Shown: one piece after another, positions 40,207-51,058 of the stretch | Layout: the number at the start of each line of letters is the position of its first letter | Position numbering within the stretch: position 1 is the stretch's first letter | Assembly (NCBI GenBank): GCA_965224085.1 | Contig: CBDCYI010000011.1 | Span: forward strand, 1,280,001-1,344,000 | Origin: Candidatus Marinacidobacterales bacterium | Lineage (GTDB): Bacteria > Acidobacteriota > Vicinamibacteria > Marinacidobacterales > SMYC01 | Reading direction: 5' to 3' | DNA length: 64,000 nucleotides | The notes under the pieces: model-generated | Database searches by the model: none | Told to the model about the DNA's origin: nothing | What the model saw: only the letters and a program-made list of their open reading frames with translations | Position numbers and translations under genes: made by a program

Positions 40207-41721
40207 TCACGAAGCGAACGGGCTGCTATAGAGGTTCTTTCTTTGGTTCGAAGGTGGGATCCGCAGCTCTTCCCGATATTTGGCGATCGTACGACGCGCC
40301 AAAACGAGGCCTTCGTCCTCGAGGATCTTGACGATCTTGGAATCGGAGAGAGGTTTTTTCGGGTTCTCCTCGTCCACGATTTTCTTGATTCGCCGCTTAA
40401 TGGTGACCGACGAGACATTGTCCCCGCCTATGCTGGCGATGCCGCTATGGAAGAAATACTTCATGTCGAAGACACCCTGGGGCGTGTGGATGTATTTGTT
40501 AGCCACGACACGCGAGACGGTCGATTCGTGCATGCCGATATCGATCGCGACATCGCGTAAGACCATCGGCTTGAGGTGCTCGACACCGTTATCGAGAAAA
40601 TCCTGTTGCTGGCGCACGATGCTATTGGCGACTTTGTAGATCGTTTTCTGCCGCTGGTCCACCGACTTGATCAACCATAGAGCGCTTCGCAGCTTCTCTT
40701 TGACATATTCGCGGGTCGAGTGGTTCTCCTCGGACTTGTTCTCGAGCATGCGCCGGTAGATCGGGCTGATGCGAAGCTGCGGCAGCCGGTCTTCGTTTAA
40801 CACGATCTCGTATTTGCCGTCGACTTTGACCACATAGACGTCCGGCGTGACGTAGAAGCTTTTTTCGGTCGTGAACTTCGAGCCGGGCTGTGGGTCGAGC
40901 CGCCGGATGATTTCGCAGTGATGGATAACCTCTTCTAGCGGCAGGCGCATCGCTTTCGCAATTTCGTTAAAACGGTGGTTTTGCAAGTGGTCGAGATGCT
41001 CGTTCACCATCGTTTCCACGGGCGTGTTGCCGACCTCGAGGCGACAGAGCTGAATCAGGAGGCACTCCTTCAGATCGCGCGCGCCGACACCGACGGGGTC
41101 GAAGGCTTGCACCATCGCGAGTGCGTCCTCGACGTGCTTTTGCTCGTAAGGGCCCATCTTACATAGCTCTTCGATCGACGCTTGTAGATAACCATGCCCG
41201 TCGATGTTCCCGATAATGGCCTCGCCAATCTCGGCGATCTTCGCCTCCACCGTGACCATGCGCAATTGCCAGTCCAAATGGTCCGCGAGCGAGTTCGTCG
41301 TGGAGAGCGTGTTCTCGATGGGTGGAAGGTCCGGGACTTCGTGGCTCGTCCGCGGGCGATAGCCTTCGTCGAGATAGTCGCTGAAGAAAGACTCGTAGTC
41401 GATCTCGCTCAGCGAGTCGTCGGTCTTCGCGTCGGGCTCGGGCTCAGCATCGACCTTGGCATCGGGTGCTTGAGCTTCGGTCGTGCCTTCGCTCGCAGCG
41501 TCGCTCGTCGAGTCATTCGCGTCATTGGCGGGTTCCGTCGTCGCTTCCGTTCGCTGTTGCTCGAGCTCTTCCTCGAGAAGCGGGTTCTCCGTGATCTCTT
41601 GCTGGAGCATGTCCGCGAGCTCGAGGGTGGACATGGGAAGAAGCTTGATCGCCTGCTGCAGCGAAGGCGTCAGGATCAGCTTCTGCTGAAGTTTGACCTG
41701 AAGTGTTAGCTTTTGCTGCAC
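40207..41721 (-). CDS. rpoN: RNA polymerase sigma-54
   Basis: LQQAIKLL, DPVGVGARDL, MHESTVSR, RpoN box ARRTIAKYRE. Confidence 0.97.
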   Translation of the reverse strand: MQQKLTLQVKLQQKLILTPSLQQAIKLLPMSTLELADMLQQEITENPLLEEELEQQRTEATTEPANDANDSTSDAASEGTTEAQAPDAKVDAEPEPDAKTDDSLSEIDYESFFSDYLDEGYRPRTSHEVPDLPPIENTLSTTNSLADHLDWQLRMVTVEAKIAEIGEAIIGNIDGHGYLQASIEELCKMGPYEQKHVEDALAMVQAFDPVGVGARDLKECLLIQLCRLEVGNTPVETMVNEHLDHLQNHRFNEIAKAMRLPLEEVIHHCEIIRRLDPQPGSKFTTEKSFYVTPDVYVVKVDGKYEIVLNEDRLPQLRISPIYRRMLENKSEENHSTREYVKEKLRSALWLIKSVDQRQKTIYKVANSIVRQQQDFLDNGVEHLKPMVLRDVAIDIGMHESTVSRVVANKYIHTPQGVFDMKYFFHSGIASIGGDNVSSVTIKRRIKKIVDEENPKKPLSDSKIVKILEDEGLVLARRTIAKYREELRIPPSNQRKNLYSSPFAS

Positions 41722-41773
41722 GTCGTCCTAGCTGTGGTCTACCAGTCGCCTCAGTCTCTAAGCATGTTCCGTC

Positions 41774-42499
41774 TTAATCGAGTCGAAAATCCTCACCGAA
41801 GTAAACCCGGCGAACATCTTCGTTCTCGGCTAACTCCTCGGGAGTTCCTGCACAAAGAATCTTCCCGTCATTCATTATATAGGCTCTATCGGTGATCTTC
41901 AGGGTTTCTCTGACATTGTGATCCGTCACGAGGATACCGATACCTTTCGATTTCAGATGATGGACGATTTCTTGGATGTCGCCGACCGCGATCGGGTCGA
42001 TGCCGGCGAACGGCTCGTCGAGGAGCATGAAGGAAGGAGAGGTGACCAGCGCGCGCGTGATTTCGGCGCGGCGGCGCTCGCCGCCGGAGAGCGTGTAGCC
42101 ACGGGACCGAGATTTGTCTGCAATTCCAAGCTCATCCAACACTTCCGCCAGTTTGCGCCGCCTCTCCCGAGGGGTTAGAGGCAGTGTCTCCAAGATCGCT
42201 AGAACGTTCTCTTCTACCGTCAGTTTTCGAAAAATCGACGGCTCCTGCGGCAAATAACTGATGCCACCCCGTGCCCGCAGATACATCGGCAGCGAAGTGA
42301 TGTCCTCGTCGTTCAGGAAAACCTTACCGTAATCGGGCCGCGTCAGCCCGACCACAATATGAAACGATGTCGTTTTGCCCGCACCGTTGGGCCCGAGCAA
42401 TCCGACCACCTCGCCCTCGCGCACTTCGAGGTCGACAGCGTCAACAACCTTTTTCTTACGAAAAGATTTGGCGAGCGCTTCGCCCCGCAGAACCTGCAT
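41774..42499 (-). CDS. lptB: LPS export ATPase LptB
   Basis: [48 protein letters not shown]. Confidence 0.96.
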   Translation of the reverse strand: MQVLRGEALAKSFRKKKVVDAVDLEVREGEVVGLLGPNGAGKTTSFHIVVGLTRPDYGKVFLNDEDITSLPMYLRARGGISYLPQEPSIFRKLTVEENVLAILETLPLTPRERRRKLAEVLDELGIADKSRSRGYTLSGGERRRAEITRALVTSPSFMLLDEPFAGIDPIAVGDIQEIVHHLKSKGIGILVTDHNVRETLKITDRAYIMNDGKILCAGTPEELAENEDVRRVYFGEDFRLD

Positions 42500-42505
42500 C
42501 AGAAA

Positions 42506-44536
42506 TTAAAAAGGGCGAGGTTTTGATGAGTACGTGGTCTTGGTTCGGTTCTGTTCTTGACCGTCGACCAAGATTTTATCATTCGATAAAAAGAAAGTCA
42601 ACTGCTTGCCTTCTGTGAGTTTACCGTCATTTTGGAGCCAAGCTTGCTCTCCTTCGAGGGTCATACTTTGTTCGTCCGGCAAGTATCTTGCGTGCTCGCC
42701 GGCGGCCTTTCCGTCGGCGGTAGAAATTTCCACTCCGCCCTCGGCATAGATCTCCTCGACCCCGCTTCCGCCTTTGCCGAGCCGAACCTCGACACGGTTG
42801 CCTTGAAGCGTCATCTCGGTCGAGCGCATTAGAACGCCGTCTTGATATTCCAGCACTTCGTCTGCCGCACGGTAGTGAAGGCGCGCCGCGTTCGTCACCG
42901 TAGGCTCTACCGGACTACCCGCTTCCCCGTCGCCGCTCCGGACTAGCTCCTGCAAGAGAACCGTTCGTACATCGCCTTCCGCAATAAGATCACCCACCTT
43001 CTGGAAGATCTGGATGGTATCGGCTTCGACACGGCCCCGTCCCTGGAAGCCGCGCGCGCCTCCGGTATAGACCGCGAGCTCTCGGCTCCGATCGTAGACA
43101 AGATGATCCGCGACAAAGTACACCGGTTCTTTTTCGGTGGAAGGAAACAACCCTACGCCCGGCTCGCCCGCCGACGAGGAGCCCGCTGACAAGGAGCGGA
43201 CTTCCTCGATGCCCTCGACGTTGCCGCTGTCCAGATCCACGATGATCCTTCGAGCTTCGAGGCTCGCCCGCGGGTCCCAGAGTCGAGGCGACTTTCTCAG
43301 AATGAGTCTCGAGTTGGCCGCACGGAAAATGCCTTCCTCCGCGGTCGCGCGAACATCGCCTTGCTCGAACTCCACAGCGCGCGTACACCGAGCCTCCACG
43401 AGGTCACCGGTCGCTGGGTCGAATTCGCTTTCGATCTGCCGCGACCTCACAATCTTGCGCGCGCCGTCATCGCCACTCGGCGGGATCAGAACAAGCGTCA
43501 CACCGCCGCGCCCGCGGAGTTTGGTGAGCTCGCCTTGCTCATCGAAGTCGAAGGCGAGCGTGTGGCCACTCAGCTCCTTGTGATAGCCCTCGGTCGCGTT
43601 GTCGGGGAGCCGCAACTCGAGCCGCGCGCCATTGAGAGCGCGCATCCGCTCGAGGTCTTCGCCCGAGGGGCGAAAAAGCATCTCGAGGCGCTCGGTCGAA
43701 AGGCGCTTCGTTCCGGCCTCCGCGGTCAAAGCGCCCGACATCTGGCTATCGTCCTCGCCGACTTCTTCTTCCGACACTTGCATGTTCATGACAACTTTCT
43801 CGAAGGCATGGATGCGCTCGACGCCATCGTGGTCGTCGTTCAAGAAGATCTGAAGGTCATCGCAAGTCAAGGACTTGTTTTTCTGTCGCACGTCGACGCT
43901 GTCGAAATATTGGACCCAGTGGCGGTTTCTGTGCATGAAGGCCGTCTCGCTCTTGATGTGCACGGGAGCTTCGGAGCTTGGGAGAAGGGTCATATCCACG
44001 CCGTCGCCGAGGTCGAGCTCGCCCCGCTTGATGATGTAGATCATGCTGCCGGCATCGCCGACGATGTCATCTTTGAAATAGCGCACCGGCGAACGGCTCC
44101 ATACCCGATCCGGGAACCGGCGAAACTCGAGGGACTTCGCCTCTAGGCGGAGCGAGGTGTTGTCGCGCACGACGACGTTACCCTGAAGATGGACGGAGCT
44201 GTCCCGGCGGACATTACATAGATCCGCAGTCACCACGACGGGCGTGTCGTCCGCGCCTACGTTGAAGTGGATCTCCGCGTCGCGAAACTGCTGGCCAGAC
44301 TCCGTCTGACCGACGCTCTCGGCCGCTTTCAAGGTCCAAGCCGTGTTTCCGTCCGAGTCGAGCTGCTCGAGCTCCACCTGGCGCGACGTAATGCTTTCCG
44401 GCTCGTCAGGGATGTCCAGTGTGGCTACCGTAGCCGAGCGCATCCCAGCGCGGAGGTGATGAACAACATAGCCGCCACAGACGAAAAAGAGCGCGAGGAG
44501 CATCCACTTGATGATGCGGATTTGCGTGAAGGTCAT
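42506..44536 (-). CDS. Long LptC/LptA (OstA-repeat) protein
   Basis: N-terminal TM then multiple beta-jellyroll repeats; upstream of lptB; start ATG 44536 overlaps the accA stop. Confidence 0.85.
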   Translation of the reverse strand: MTFTQIRIIKWMLLALFFVCGGYVVHHLRAGMRSATVATLDIPDEPESITSRQVELEQLDSDGNTAWTLKAAESVGQTESGQQFRDAEIHFNVGADDTPVVVTADLCNVRRDSSVHLQGNVVVRDNTSLRLEAKSLEFRRFPDRVWSRSPVRYFKDDIVGDAGSMIYIIKRGELDLGDGVDMTLLPSSEAPVHIKSETAFMHRNRHWVQYFDSVDVRQKNKSLTCDDLQIFLNDDHDGVERIHAFEKVVMNMQVSEEEVGEDDSQMSGALTAEAGTKRLSTERLEMLFRPSGEDLERMRALNGARLELRLPDNATEGYHKELSGHTLAFDFDEQGELTKLRGRGGVTLVLIPPSGDDGARKIVRSRQIESEFDPATGDLVEARCTRAVEFEQGDVRATAEEGIFRAANSRLILRKSPRLWDPRASLEARRIIVDLDSGNVEGIEEVRSLSAGSSSAGEPGVGLFPSTEKEPVYFVADHLVYDRSRELAVYTGGARGFQGRGRVEADTIQIFQKVGDLIAEGDVRTVLLQELVRSGDGEAGSPVEPTVTNAARLHYRAADEVLEYQDGVLMRSTEMTLQGNRVEVRLGKGGSGVEEIYAEGGVEISTADGKAAGEHARYLPDEQSMTLEGEQAWLQNDGKLTEGKQLTFFLSNDKILVDGQEQNRTKTTYSSKPRPF

Positions 44537-45501
44537 GAACCGTCTTGGACGTCGAGCCCGACCTCCCCCATTCGCCGAAACTTCTGGTAGCGGGCTTCGA
44601 CCCGCTCTTCCGGGCTCAGCCGCTCCACCCGCTCGAGGGCTTCGACGAGATATTTGTTCAAGATCTGGGCCGTCTGGCGATGAGCCGTATGGGCCCCTCC
44701 CACCGGCTCGGGCACGATGCGATCGACGAGACCGAGCTCGAGCAGGTCCGTCGCGGTGAGCTTCAAGCCATCTGCGGCTGCTTCGGCGCGGCCGGCATCC
44801 TTCCAAAGGATCGCCGCGCATCCTTCGGGTGAGATGACCGAATAGATCGAGTGCTCCATGATCAGTATCTCGTCGCCGACCGCGACCGCGAGCGCTCCGC
44901 CGCTTCCGCCTTCTCCAGTGACAGCCACGATAATGGGAACTCGGATCCGCGCCATCTCCCGAATGTTTACAGCAATGGCTTCGGCCTGTCCTCTCTCTTC
45001 GGCGTCGATCCCCGGATAGGCGCCCGGTGTATCGACGAAACAAAAGATGGGGCGCTCAAACTTGTCCGCCATCTGCATCACACGGAGTGCTTTCCGATAG
45101 CCTTCTGGCCGCGGCATCCCGAAATTACGCCGAATCTTCTGCTTCGTGTCGCGCCCTTTCTGGTGGCCGACGACCACGACCGGCTTGTCGTGAAACCAAG
45201 CCATACCGGTGACGATGGCCGGGTCTTCTCCGAAGCGGCGGTCGCCTCGGATCTCGATGAAATCCGTGAACAAATGCTCGATGAAATCCAGCACATAGGG
45301 TCGTTGCGAATGGCGCGCGACCTGAACGGTCTGCCACGGTGTGAGCTTCGAATAGATCTCACGCCGCATCTCGTCGAGTTTCGTCGAAAGCCGGGCGATC
45401 TCACGCTCTTTGCCGGCATCAGCCGGGTATCCCGTAAGCGACTCGATTTCTTTTTGGAGCGCCGCTAGGGGCGCCTCGAAATCCGATATTTCTATACTCA
45501 C
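44533..45501 (-). CDS. accA: Acetyl-CoA carboxylase carboxyltransferase alpha
   Basis: GHQKGRDTK, NFGMPRPEGYRKALR, DTPGAYPG, GEGGSGGAL, YSVISPEGCA. Confidence 0.97.
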   Translation of the reverse strand: MSIEISDFEAPLAALQKEIESLTGYPADAGKEREIARLSTKLDEMRREIYSKLTPWQTVQVARHSQRPYVLDFIEHLFTDFIEIRGDRRFGEDPAIVTGMAWFHDKPVVVVGHQKGRDTKQKIRRNFGMPRPEGYRKALRVMQMADKFERPIFCFVDTPGAYPGIDAEERGQAEAIAVNIREMARIRVPIIVAVTGEGGSGGALAVAVGDEILIMEHSIYSVISPEGCAAILWKDAGRAEAAADGLKLTATDLLELGLVDRIVPEPVGGAHTAHRQTAQILNKYLVEALERVERLSPEERVEARYQKFRRMGEVGLDVQDGS

Positions 45502-45773
45502 GACGCGCCCAGTGTAGCAAAAGGGTCAATCGGAGTGTGGTATCGTCGAAGGACGGCACAAAAAGATGCTATTTTCCATCCATGCCTTAATGTCGCTCAC
45601 GCTCGCCGGAGAGAGCGATCATAAGTCGTAGTATCTCGAGCTCGCTCAGGCGACTCTTCAAAACCCCGTTCGCACGGCAGAGCTCCGCGCGGCTGTGCTC
45701 TCGCCACTTTTCTAGGACGCGAAGACGTGTCTGAGGTCGAGCGCATCTCGTACCGGTCCGAGGATTGGGGGCC

Positions 45774-46700
45774 TCATTTTCTCTCGCGGCTACGCTCGGC
45801 CCACGGCGCAAGCACGCCGTAGACGGCCTCGCTCATCGGCGCGGGAATGCCGAGCTCACGGGCTCGACGACGGACGGTGCCGTGCAGCGCTTCGAGCTCC
45901 ATCGGCTTACCATGAACCATGTCGTAGTGGAGCGAGGAGTACCACTCGGCCGGAAGGGTCTGGAAGACTTCCATGATTGTGTCGATGGTGTCGTCCGGCA
46001 TCTTTACGCCGGTTGCGTTCGCCACGGAAACGACTTCCAAGACTAAATCGCGATACATCGTTCGTGAAGCTTCTGACGCGCGGATGGCCCCGAGAGGAAG
46101 CCGCACGGCAGCCGTCATGCCGGCGGTCGCGCAAATCATCGCGAGCTTCTTCCACAGCTCTTTTCGAATGTTCTTCGAGAGGTCGGCATCAACACGGCTC
46201 GCGTGGCAAAGGGCGACGAACGCCTCGAGCCGCGCGCTCTTGCTCCCGTCGAGCTCGCCTACGACCATGCGCGCGAGCGTACCGTGATGGGTCACAACGC
46301 CCGGCTCCGTGATCGTCGCGAGAATGTAGGCGACGCCGGAAACGACATGGTCGGAGGAGACGACCGAAGCGATCGTCTCCTCGTTGTCCACACCGTTTTG
46401 AAGCGTAATGACGGCGGTGCTCTCTTTCAATAGCGGCTCGAGGCGCCGTGCCGCGTCGACGGTGTCGGTGGACTTCACGCAAAAAAGAACGACATCAGCG
46501 CTACCGATATCTTCCGGACGATCGCTCGTGGGAAGCGCGAGATGAAGATCCCCGTTCGCGCTCACGATGCGCAAACCCTCGCTTCGGAGAGCCGCAAGAT
46601 GCGCGCCACGGGCAATGAGATGCACGTCGCCGCCGCCCGCCGCGAGTCGCGCTCCGAAATATCCCCCGATACCACCGGCACCGAAAACGGCAACCTTCAT
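45774..46700 (-). CDS. panE: 2-dehydropantoate 2-reductase family
   Basis: GAGGIGG, LQNGV, LWKK, SSLHYD, G.PMELE. Confidence 0.9.
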   Translation of the reverse strand: MKVAVFGAGGIGGYFGARLAAGGGDVHLIARGAHLAALRSEGLRIVSANGDLHLALPTSDRPEDIGSADVVLFCVKSTDTVDAARRLEPLLKESTAVITLQNGVDNEETIASVVSSDHVVSGVAYILATITEPGVVTHHGTLARMVVGELDGSKSARLEAFVALCHASRVDADLSKNIRKELWKKLAMICATAGMTAAVRLPLGAIRASEASRTMYRDLVLEVVSVANATGVKMPDDTIDTIMEVFQTLPAEWYSSLHYDMVHGKPMELEALHGTVRRRARELGIPAPMSEAVYGVLAPWAERSRERK

Positions 46701-46714
46701 ACGCCGCGACCCGT

Positions 46715-47152
46715 TTAGCGGAAAGGACTCCGGACATCGAGAAAGTCAAACTTCTTGAAGTCGTCGATGTCGTTGGTGTACAGAGTTGGGACTCCGTGTT
46801 GTCGAAGAATAGACGCCAGGTGTGCGTCGGGGACGAGGTTGGCGCGCACGGACGTGTCCTTGGTCACGCCACGATAGACATCCAGGAAGCCATCTCGCTC
46901 AGAGATGAGGCGCACGTGGGCCAGTCGCGAAAGTCTCTCCGCGTTTTGAAGCGCTTCACTGGGGGTCAATGGATTCGTGAAAATGCGCGGGTGAGTAGAA
47001 ATTCGCACATAAGACATCAGGGTGAGATAGCACAAATACAGAGGCTCATCTCGACCCGCGCAAGTGTTCATGAACGTCTGCGCTCTAGACTGAAAAGGAC
47101 TCGATTCGTCCGACGCATAGAGGAGGATGTTCACGTCGAGCGAGTAGCTCAC
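46715..47152 (-). CDS. VapC-family PIN toxin
   Basis: LDVNILLYA, RISTHPRIF, LVPDAHLA, LYTND..DF. Confidence 0.92.
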   Translation of the reverse strand: MSYSLDVNILLYASDESSPFQSRAQTFMNTCAGRDEPLYLCYLTLMSYVRISTHPRIFTNPLTPSEALQNAERLSRLAHVRLISERDGFLDVYRGVTKDTSVRANLVPDAHLASILRQHGVPTLYTNDIDDFKKFDFLDVRSPFR

Positions 47153-47153
47153 G

Positions 47154-47396
47154 TCAGTCCGGACGCTCGTCGAGCAGAGCGAAGACCGCCTCCTTGTCGG
47201 AGATATCCACGCGAGCTCCCATCGAACGTGTCGTCCAACGCAATTCTTGCGGCTTCGACTGGCGCCGAGCGCGATGGGCCAACGCTTCCGCCACCAGCTC
47301 GGACACGAGCGCGCCCAGCGATTTGCGCTCTCGCAGGCGCATCTCGTGAAGCTCCTCGAGAAGCGGTGTGTCGAGGTTCAATGTGGTTCGTGACAT
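47154..47396 (-). CDS. VapB-like RHH antitoxin
   Basis: RTTLNLD..LL, KSLGALVSELVAEAL; immediately upstream of the PIN toxin. Confidence 0.88.
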   Translation of the reverse strand: MSRTTLNLDTPLLEELHEMRLRERKSLGALVSELVAEALAHRARRQSKPQELRWTTRSMGARVDISDKEAVFALLDERPD

Positions 47397-47434
47397 GATG
47401 TGTTGATGCTATTAGATAAAACATCTGATGTCAA
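47391..47434 (-). promoter_or_regulatory. vapBC promoter with palindromic operators
   Basis: TTGACA (47434-47429), N17, TAGCAT (47411-47406); ACATC-T-GATGT palindrome at 47421-47431 and ACAT-G-ATGT over the start codon. Confidence 0.65.
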
Positions 47435-47528
47435 ATGACCCGCGCCGTTTGGAGCTCCGTGCCCGACAACCCGATGAAGTCACCGAAGAGTGGCACGGCG
47501 AAAGTACAAGGGGATAAACTCGGCGGCA

Positions 47529-48075
47529 ATGAGCGGCTTCTGGGGCGATGCTAGATGGGCTTTCCGCCAACTCCGAAGCCGACCCAGTTTTTCGATCACG
47601 GCCATCGGCATCCTGACGTGGGCTCTCGGGGCCAATCTAGCTTCGTTTACGATCGTCCACGCCTTGTTCCTCGGTCATGCGCCGCTGCCGCGAGCGGGCG
47701 AACTCGTTCGAATCTACAGCGACTTCGACAAAGGGATGGACCACTTTACGGTGTCCTATCCGAACTACGAAGATGTCGCGGCGCTCACGGACATTCTTAG
47801 TGCAGCGGTCGCCGAACAGCCTATGCCGTTCACCTGGCGCAACGACGATGGACCCCACCGCATTTGGGGCTCCATGGTCTCGCCAAACTACTTCGAGGGG
47901 CTCGAGGTTCCCATACGTCATGGCCGAGGCTTCAGTGCTGATGAGGCGGGCTCGAGCGGGCACATGTGCTTGTGGTCGTGTTCGGCGGCACCATGACCGC
48001 ATCGAGCTTGCTCGCGGCGCGCCGCGCTTTGCGAATCGACCCCGCCCGAGCGCTCGCTGCCGAGCCGCCCTACTG
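47529..48075 (+). pseudogene. ADOP permease with a large internal deletion
   Basis: N-terminus (DARWAFRQLRSRPSF, LGAN, SYPNYED, VSPNYF, GRGF) joined out of frame to the C-terminal ARRALRIDPARALAAE; the middle is missing. Confidence 0.85.
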
Positions 48076-48099
48076 ATACAGGGGGCTAGGCTCCTGCGC

Positions 48100-48235
48100 C
48101 GAGCTTTCGAGGGGCCGATGAGTTCGGCGGCACCAAGGTGCGGATCCCGCTCAAGGACGACGCGATCGTGAGCGAGAGAGGCGTCGAGTGGTTCTATCCG
48201 GTGAACCAGCGGATGTTGCTGATCAAGCAGCTTCG
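48100..48235 (+). pseudogene. Possible C-terminal remnant of an M24-type peptidase
   Basis: EFGGTKVRIPLKDDAIVSERGVEWFYPVNQRMLLIK. Confidence 0.4.
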
Positions 48236-48330
48236 GGCTGCCGGGTATGCCGCCGAGCGTCCGCACGATGTATCCGGTGTATAAAACCTCGTGAGGTGTA
48301 TTGTAAACTAGCCGCCCTGGAGGCAAAGCT

Positions 48331-50720
48331 ATGAAGTCCGCTATTTTGTTTCTGGCCCTCGTGCTTCCCGTGACCACGGCCGCGCAGCTCGCCGAGCAAT
48401 CGAAGCTGACGAAGGCCGATCGCGACGCGGCGTTTCAGCTCACGCTCGAACATCTCTCAGCCGAGACTTCAGAGCGTTCGGGATTTCACCGCGCGATATC
48501 ACCTGGTCGCCGTCGGGAGAGACTGTCTACTTCCGTTGGCGCGAAGACCCGGCTTCGGGGCAGCTTCCCGAGGCGGACCCATTCTACGCGGTGGACGCCG
48601 CGGGGACGAGCTTGCGCGTCGTCGATGCCGAGGAGGCGCGGCGCATCCCGGGCGACGACGTTTCATGGTCGGCGCAGCGCGATCTCGCCGCGTGGTCGCG
48701 CGAGGGGACGCTTTTCGTTTGGAGTCAGGCATCCGGAACGCGCGCCGTCTTCACGCACGCGAACGATCTCGGCAACCTGCGCGTCGCCTCCGATGGAGCC
48801 GAAGTCCAGTTCTCCACTAAGGGCCTCTCGATGCGCGGGGACGATCAAGGGGACCTCTGGAGCTACGATGTGGCGCCCGGCCACGTCCGCCAGATAGCGC
48901 TCGCGGCGGAGAAAGAGAAAGAGCCGAGCGAGCAAGCAAGTTGGCTGGAAGAGCAGCAGCTCGAGCTCGTCGACATCGTGCGCAAACGCAAGGATTTCGA
49001 CGAGCGAAAGGAGGCTCTCGCGAGAGAGCGCGAACCGTATCGTCCCCAGGAGATCCCCGTCGAGGAAGGCGCGCGGATTTTCGGCTTCGAGTCGAGCCCC
49101 GACGGTCGCTTCGTTACGTTTCTGTGGCAAAAAGAGCCCACCGAAGCGCCAACGCACTACATGGAGTTCGTGGAGCTCTCGGGCTACGCCACCGCGAAGA
49201 CGGCGCGGCCCAAGGTCGGCGAGGCGCTTGCGGCTTACAAGATGGGCATCGTGGCCGTCGATGCCGCCCGCGCGCGCGATGACGTCGAGATCGTCTGGGT
49301 CGACGCCGGTATCGCAAAAGACACCATCATCCACGGCCCCTTTTGGAACCCTCAAGGCACGCAAGCGGCCGTTCAGATCCTTTCGATGGATCACAAACAA
49401 CGGTGGATCTCGCTGTTGGATCTCGAAACGGGCAGGGTGACTCATCTTGATCACCAGACGGAGGAGGCGTGGATCGGAGGCCCGCTCGTCGAGGGGCGCT
49501 GGCGTCCGGGCTTTCTCGAATGGCTTCCCGACGGCGACGCCCTCGGTTTCGCCTCGGTGGAGTCGGGCTGGGCGATGCTCTACCTTGTGAACGTGGACGG
49601 CGAGCGGACCGCGCTCACGCGCGGCGAATGGGAAGTGCGGCGGGCGGAGCTCTCGCCCGATGGCACGACCTGGTATCTAACGACGAGCAAAGAGCACCCG
49701 GGCGAAGAACAGCTTTACCATCTTCCAGCGCGCGGGGGTGAGCTCGTGCGCATCACCGGGCGCGAAGGGAAAGTCCGAGCAACGCCGTCGCCCGACGGAA
49801 AACGGTTGGCGCTCCGCTTCGAATCTCCCGAACGTTTGCCGGATCTCTATCTTGCGGCGAACGCGCCCGAGGCGGATTGGAAACGCGTCACCAAGTCGGG
49901 CACCGACGATTTCTACCGCTACGCCTGGATCGATAGCGAGATCGTGAGCTACCCCGACAGCGCGGGCAATACAACGTGGGCCAAGCTCTGGGAGCGGCCC
50001 AGCGACGCGCACGGCGCCGCAGTCGTCTACGCTCATGGCTGCGGGGAGTGTGCACAAGGCGTCGACAAAGGCTGGACCCGCACGAGCGCGACCCTCTATG
50101 CGAACTACCTGTATCACAAGGGCTACGTCTCGGCTTCGATCGACTATCGAGGAAGCTCCGGCTATGGGCACGCGAACCGGACCTATGCCTATCGCCAAAT
50201 GGGAATCTCCGATATTGATAGCGGCATCCCCCTTCTCGACATCCTCGTCGAGCGCCGCGGCGTTGACGCCGGCCGCATCGGCGTCTATGGCGGGTCCTAT
50301 GGAGGCTTCTACACGCTCATGTCGCTCTTCCGGCACCCCGGAAAGTACCGTGCCGGGGTGGCGCTCTATCCCGTGACGGATTGGGCACACTACAACCAGG
50401 GCTATACCAACCGGATTCTGAACGGATCGCAGCAGACCGACCCCGAAGCCTATCGCCGCTCGAGCCCGATCTACTACGCCGACGGACTCGAGGACGCTCT
50501 CCAGATTCAGCACGGCCTCGTGGACGACAACGTCCAGATCCAGGACTCTTTCCGTTTGGCTCAGGTGTTGATGGAGAAAGAGAAGGACTTCGATCTCGTC
50601 GTCTATCCGATGGAAGACCACGGTTGGGACGAAGTCTCGAGCCGCCTCGACAGCTACAAGAGAATGACCCGCTGGTTCGACCAACACCTGTCGGGAGCGG
50701 AAGCCGCGACAGAGAACTAG
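48331..50720 (+). CDS. Secreted S9 prolyl oligopeptidase, frameshifted near 48480
   Basis: Signal peptide at 48331, propeller, DYRGSSGYG, GGSYGG, HGLVDDNV, EDHG; the main ORF is in a different frame from the N-terminus. Confidence 0.88.
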
Positions 50721-51058
50721 ACAGCGGAGGCGCGGAGAACGCTTCCGGAAAGCTCGTTCGTGAGGCGGCCCTCGTTATAGACGCGGTCGTGCGCCGCGAG
50801 ACGTCGGGCGAGCAGGGCCAGCTCGTCCGTCGATGTGTACATACCCGGCGGGTAGATGAGCCCTGCCCGATGCCCAAGCATGGCAGGCAGCCATTCACAT
50901 GGCCAGCCGGCCGCTTCTAGAGGTCTGCGAACGATCCTGTCGAACGTTCGCTCTCCGTACTCCACAATGATCGTGCGAGTAGCGCCGCTCGTTGCATTCG
51001 AATCCGTGCGTTAATTGGAAAAACGCGAGATCCTCGATGACCACCTTGCTTTTCCGGG

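Noticed and set aside
44537-45043. 845-aa version of the LptC/A ORF
   Set aside because: The extra N-terminus overlaps accA in another frame; the likely start is 44536.
45587-45770. 74-aa ORF between panE and accA
   Set aside because: No motif and a weak start; not supportable.
50717-51050. 82-aa minus ORF after dnaE
   Set aside because: No recognisable family; possibly another remnant, too weak to call.
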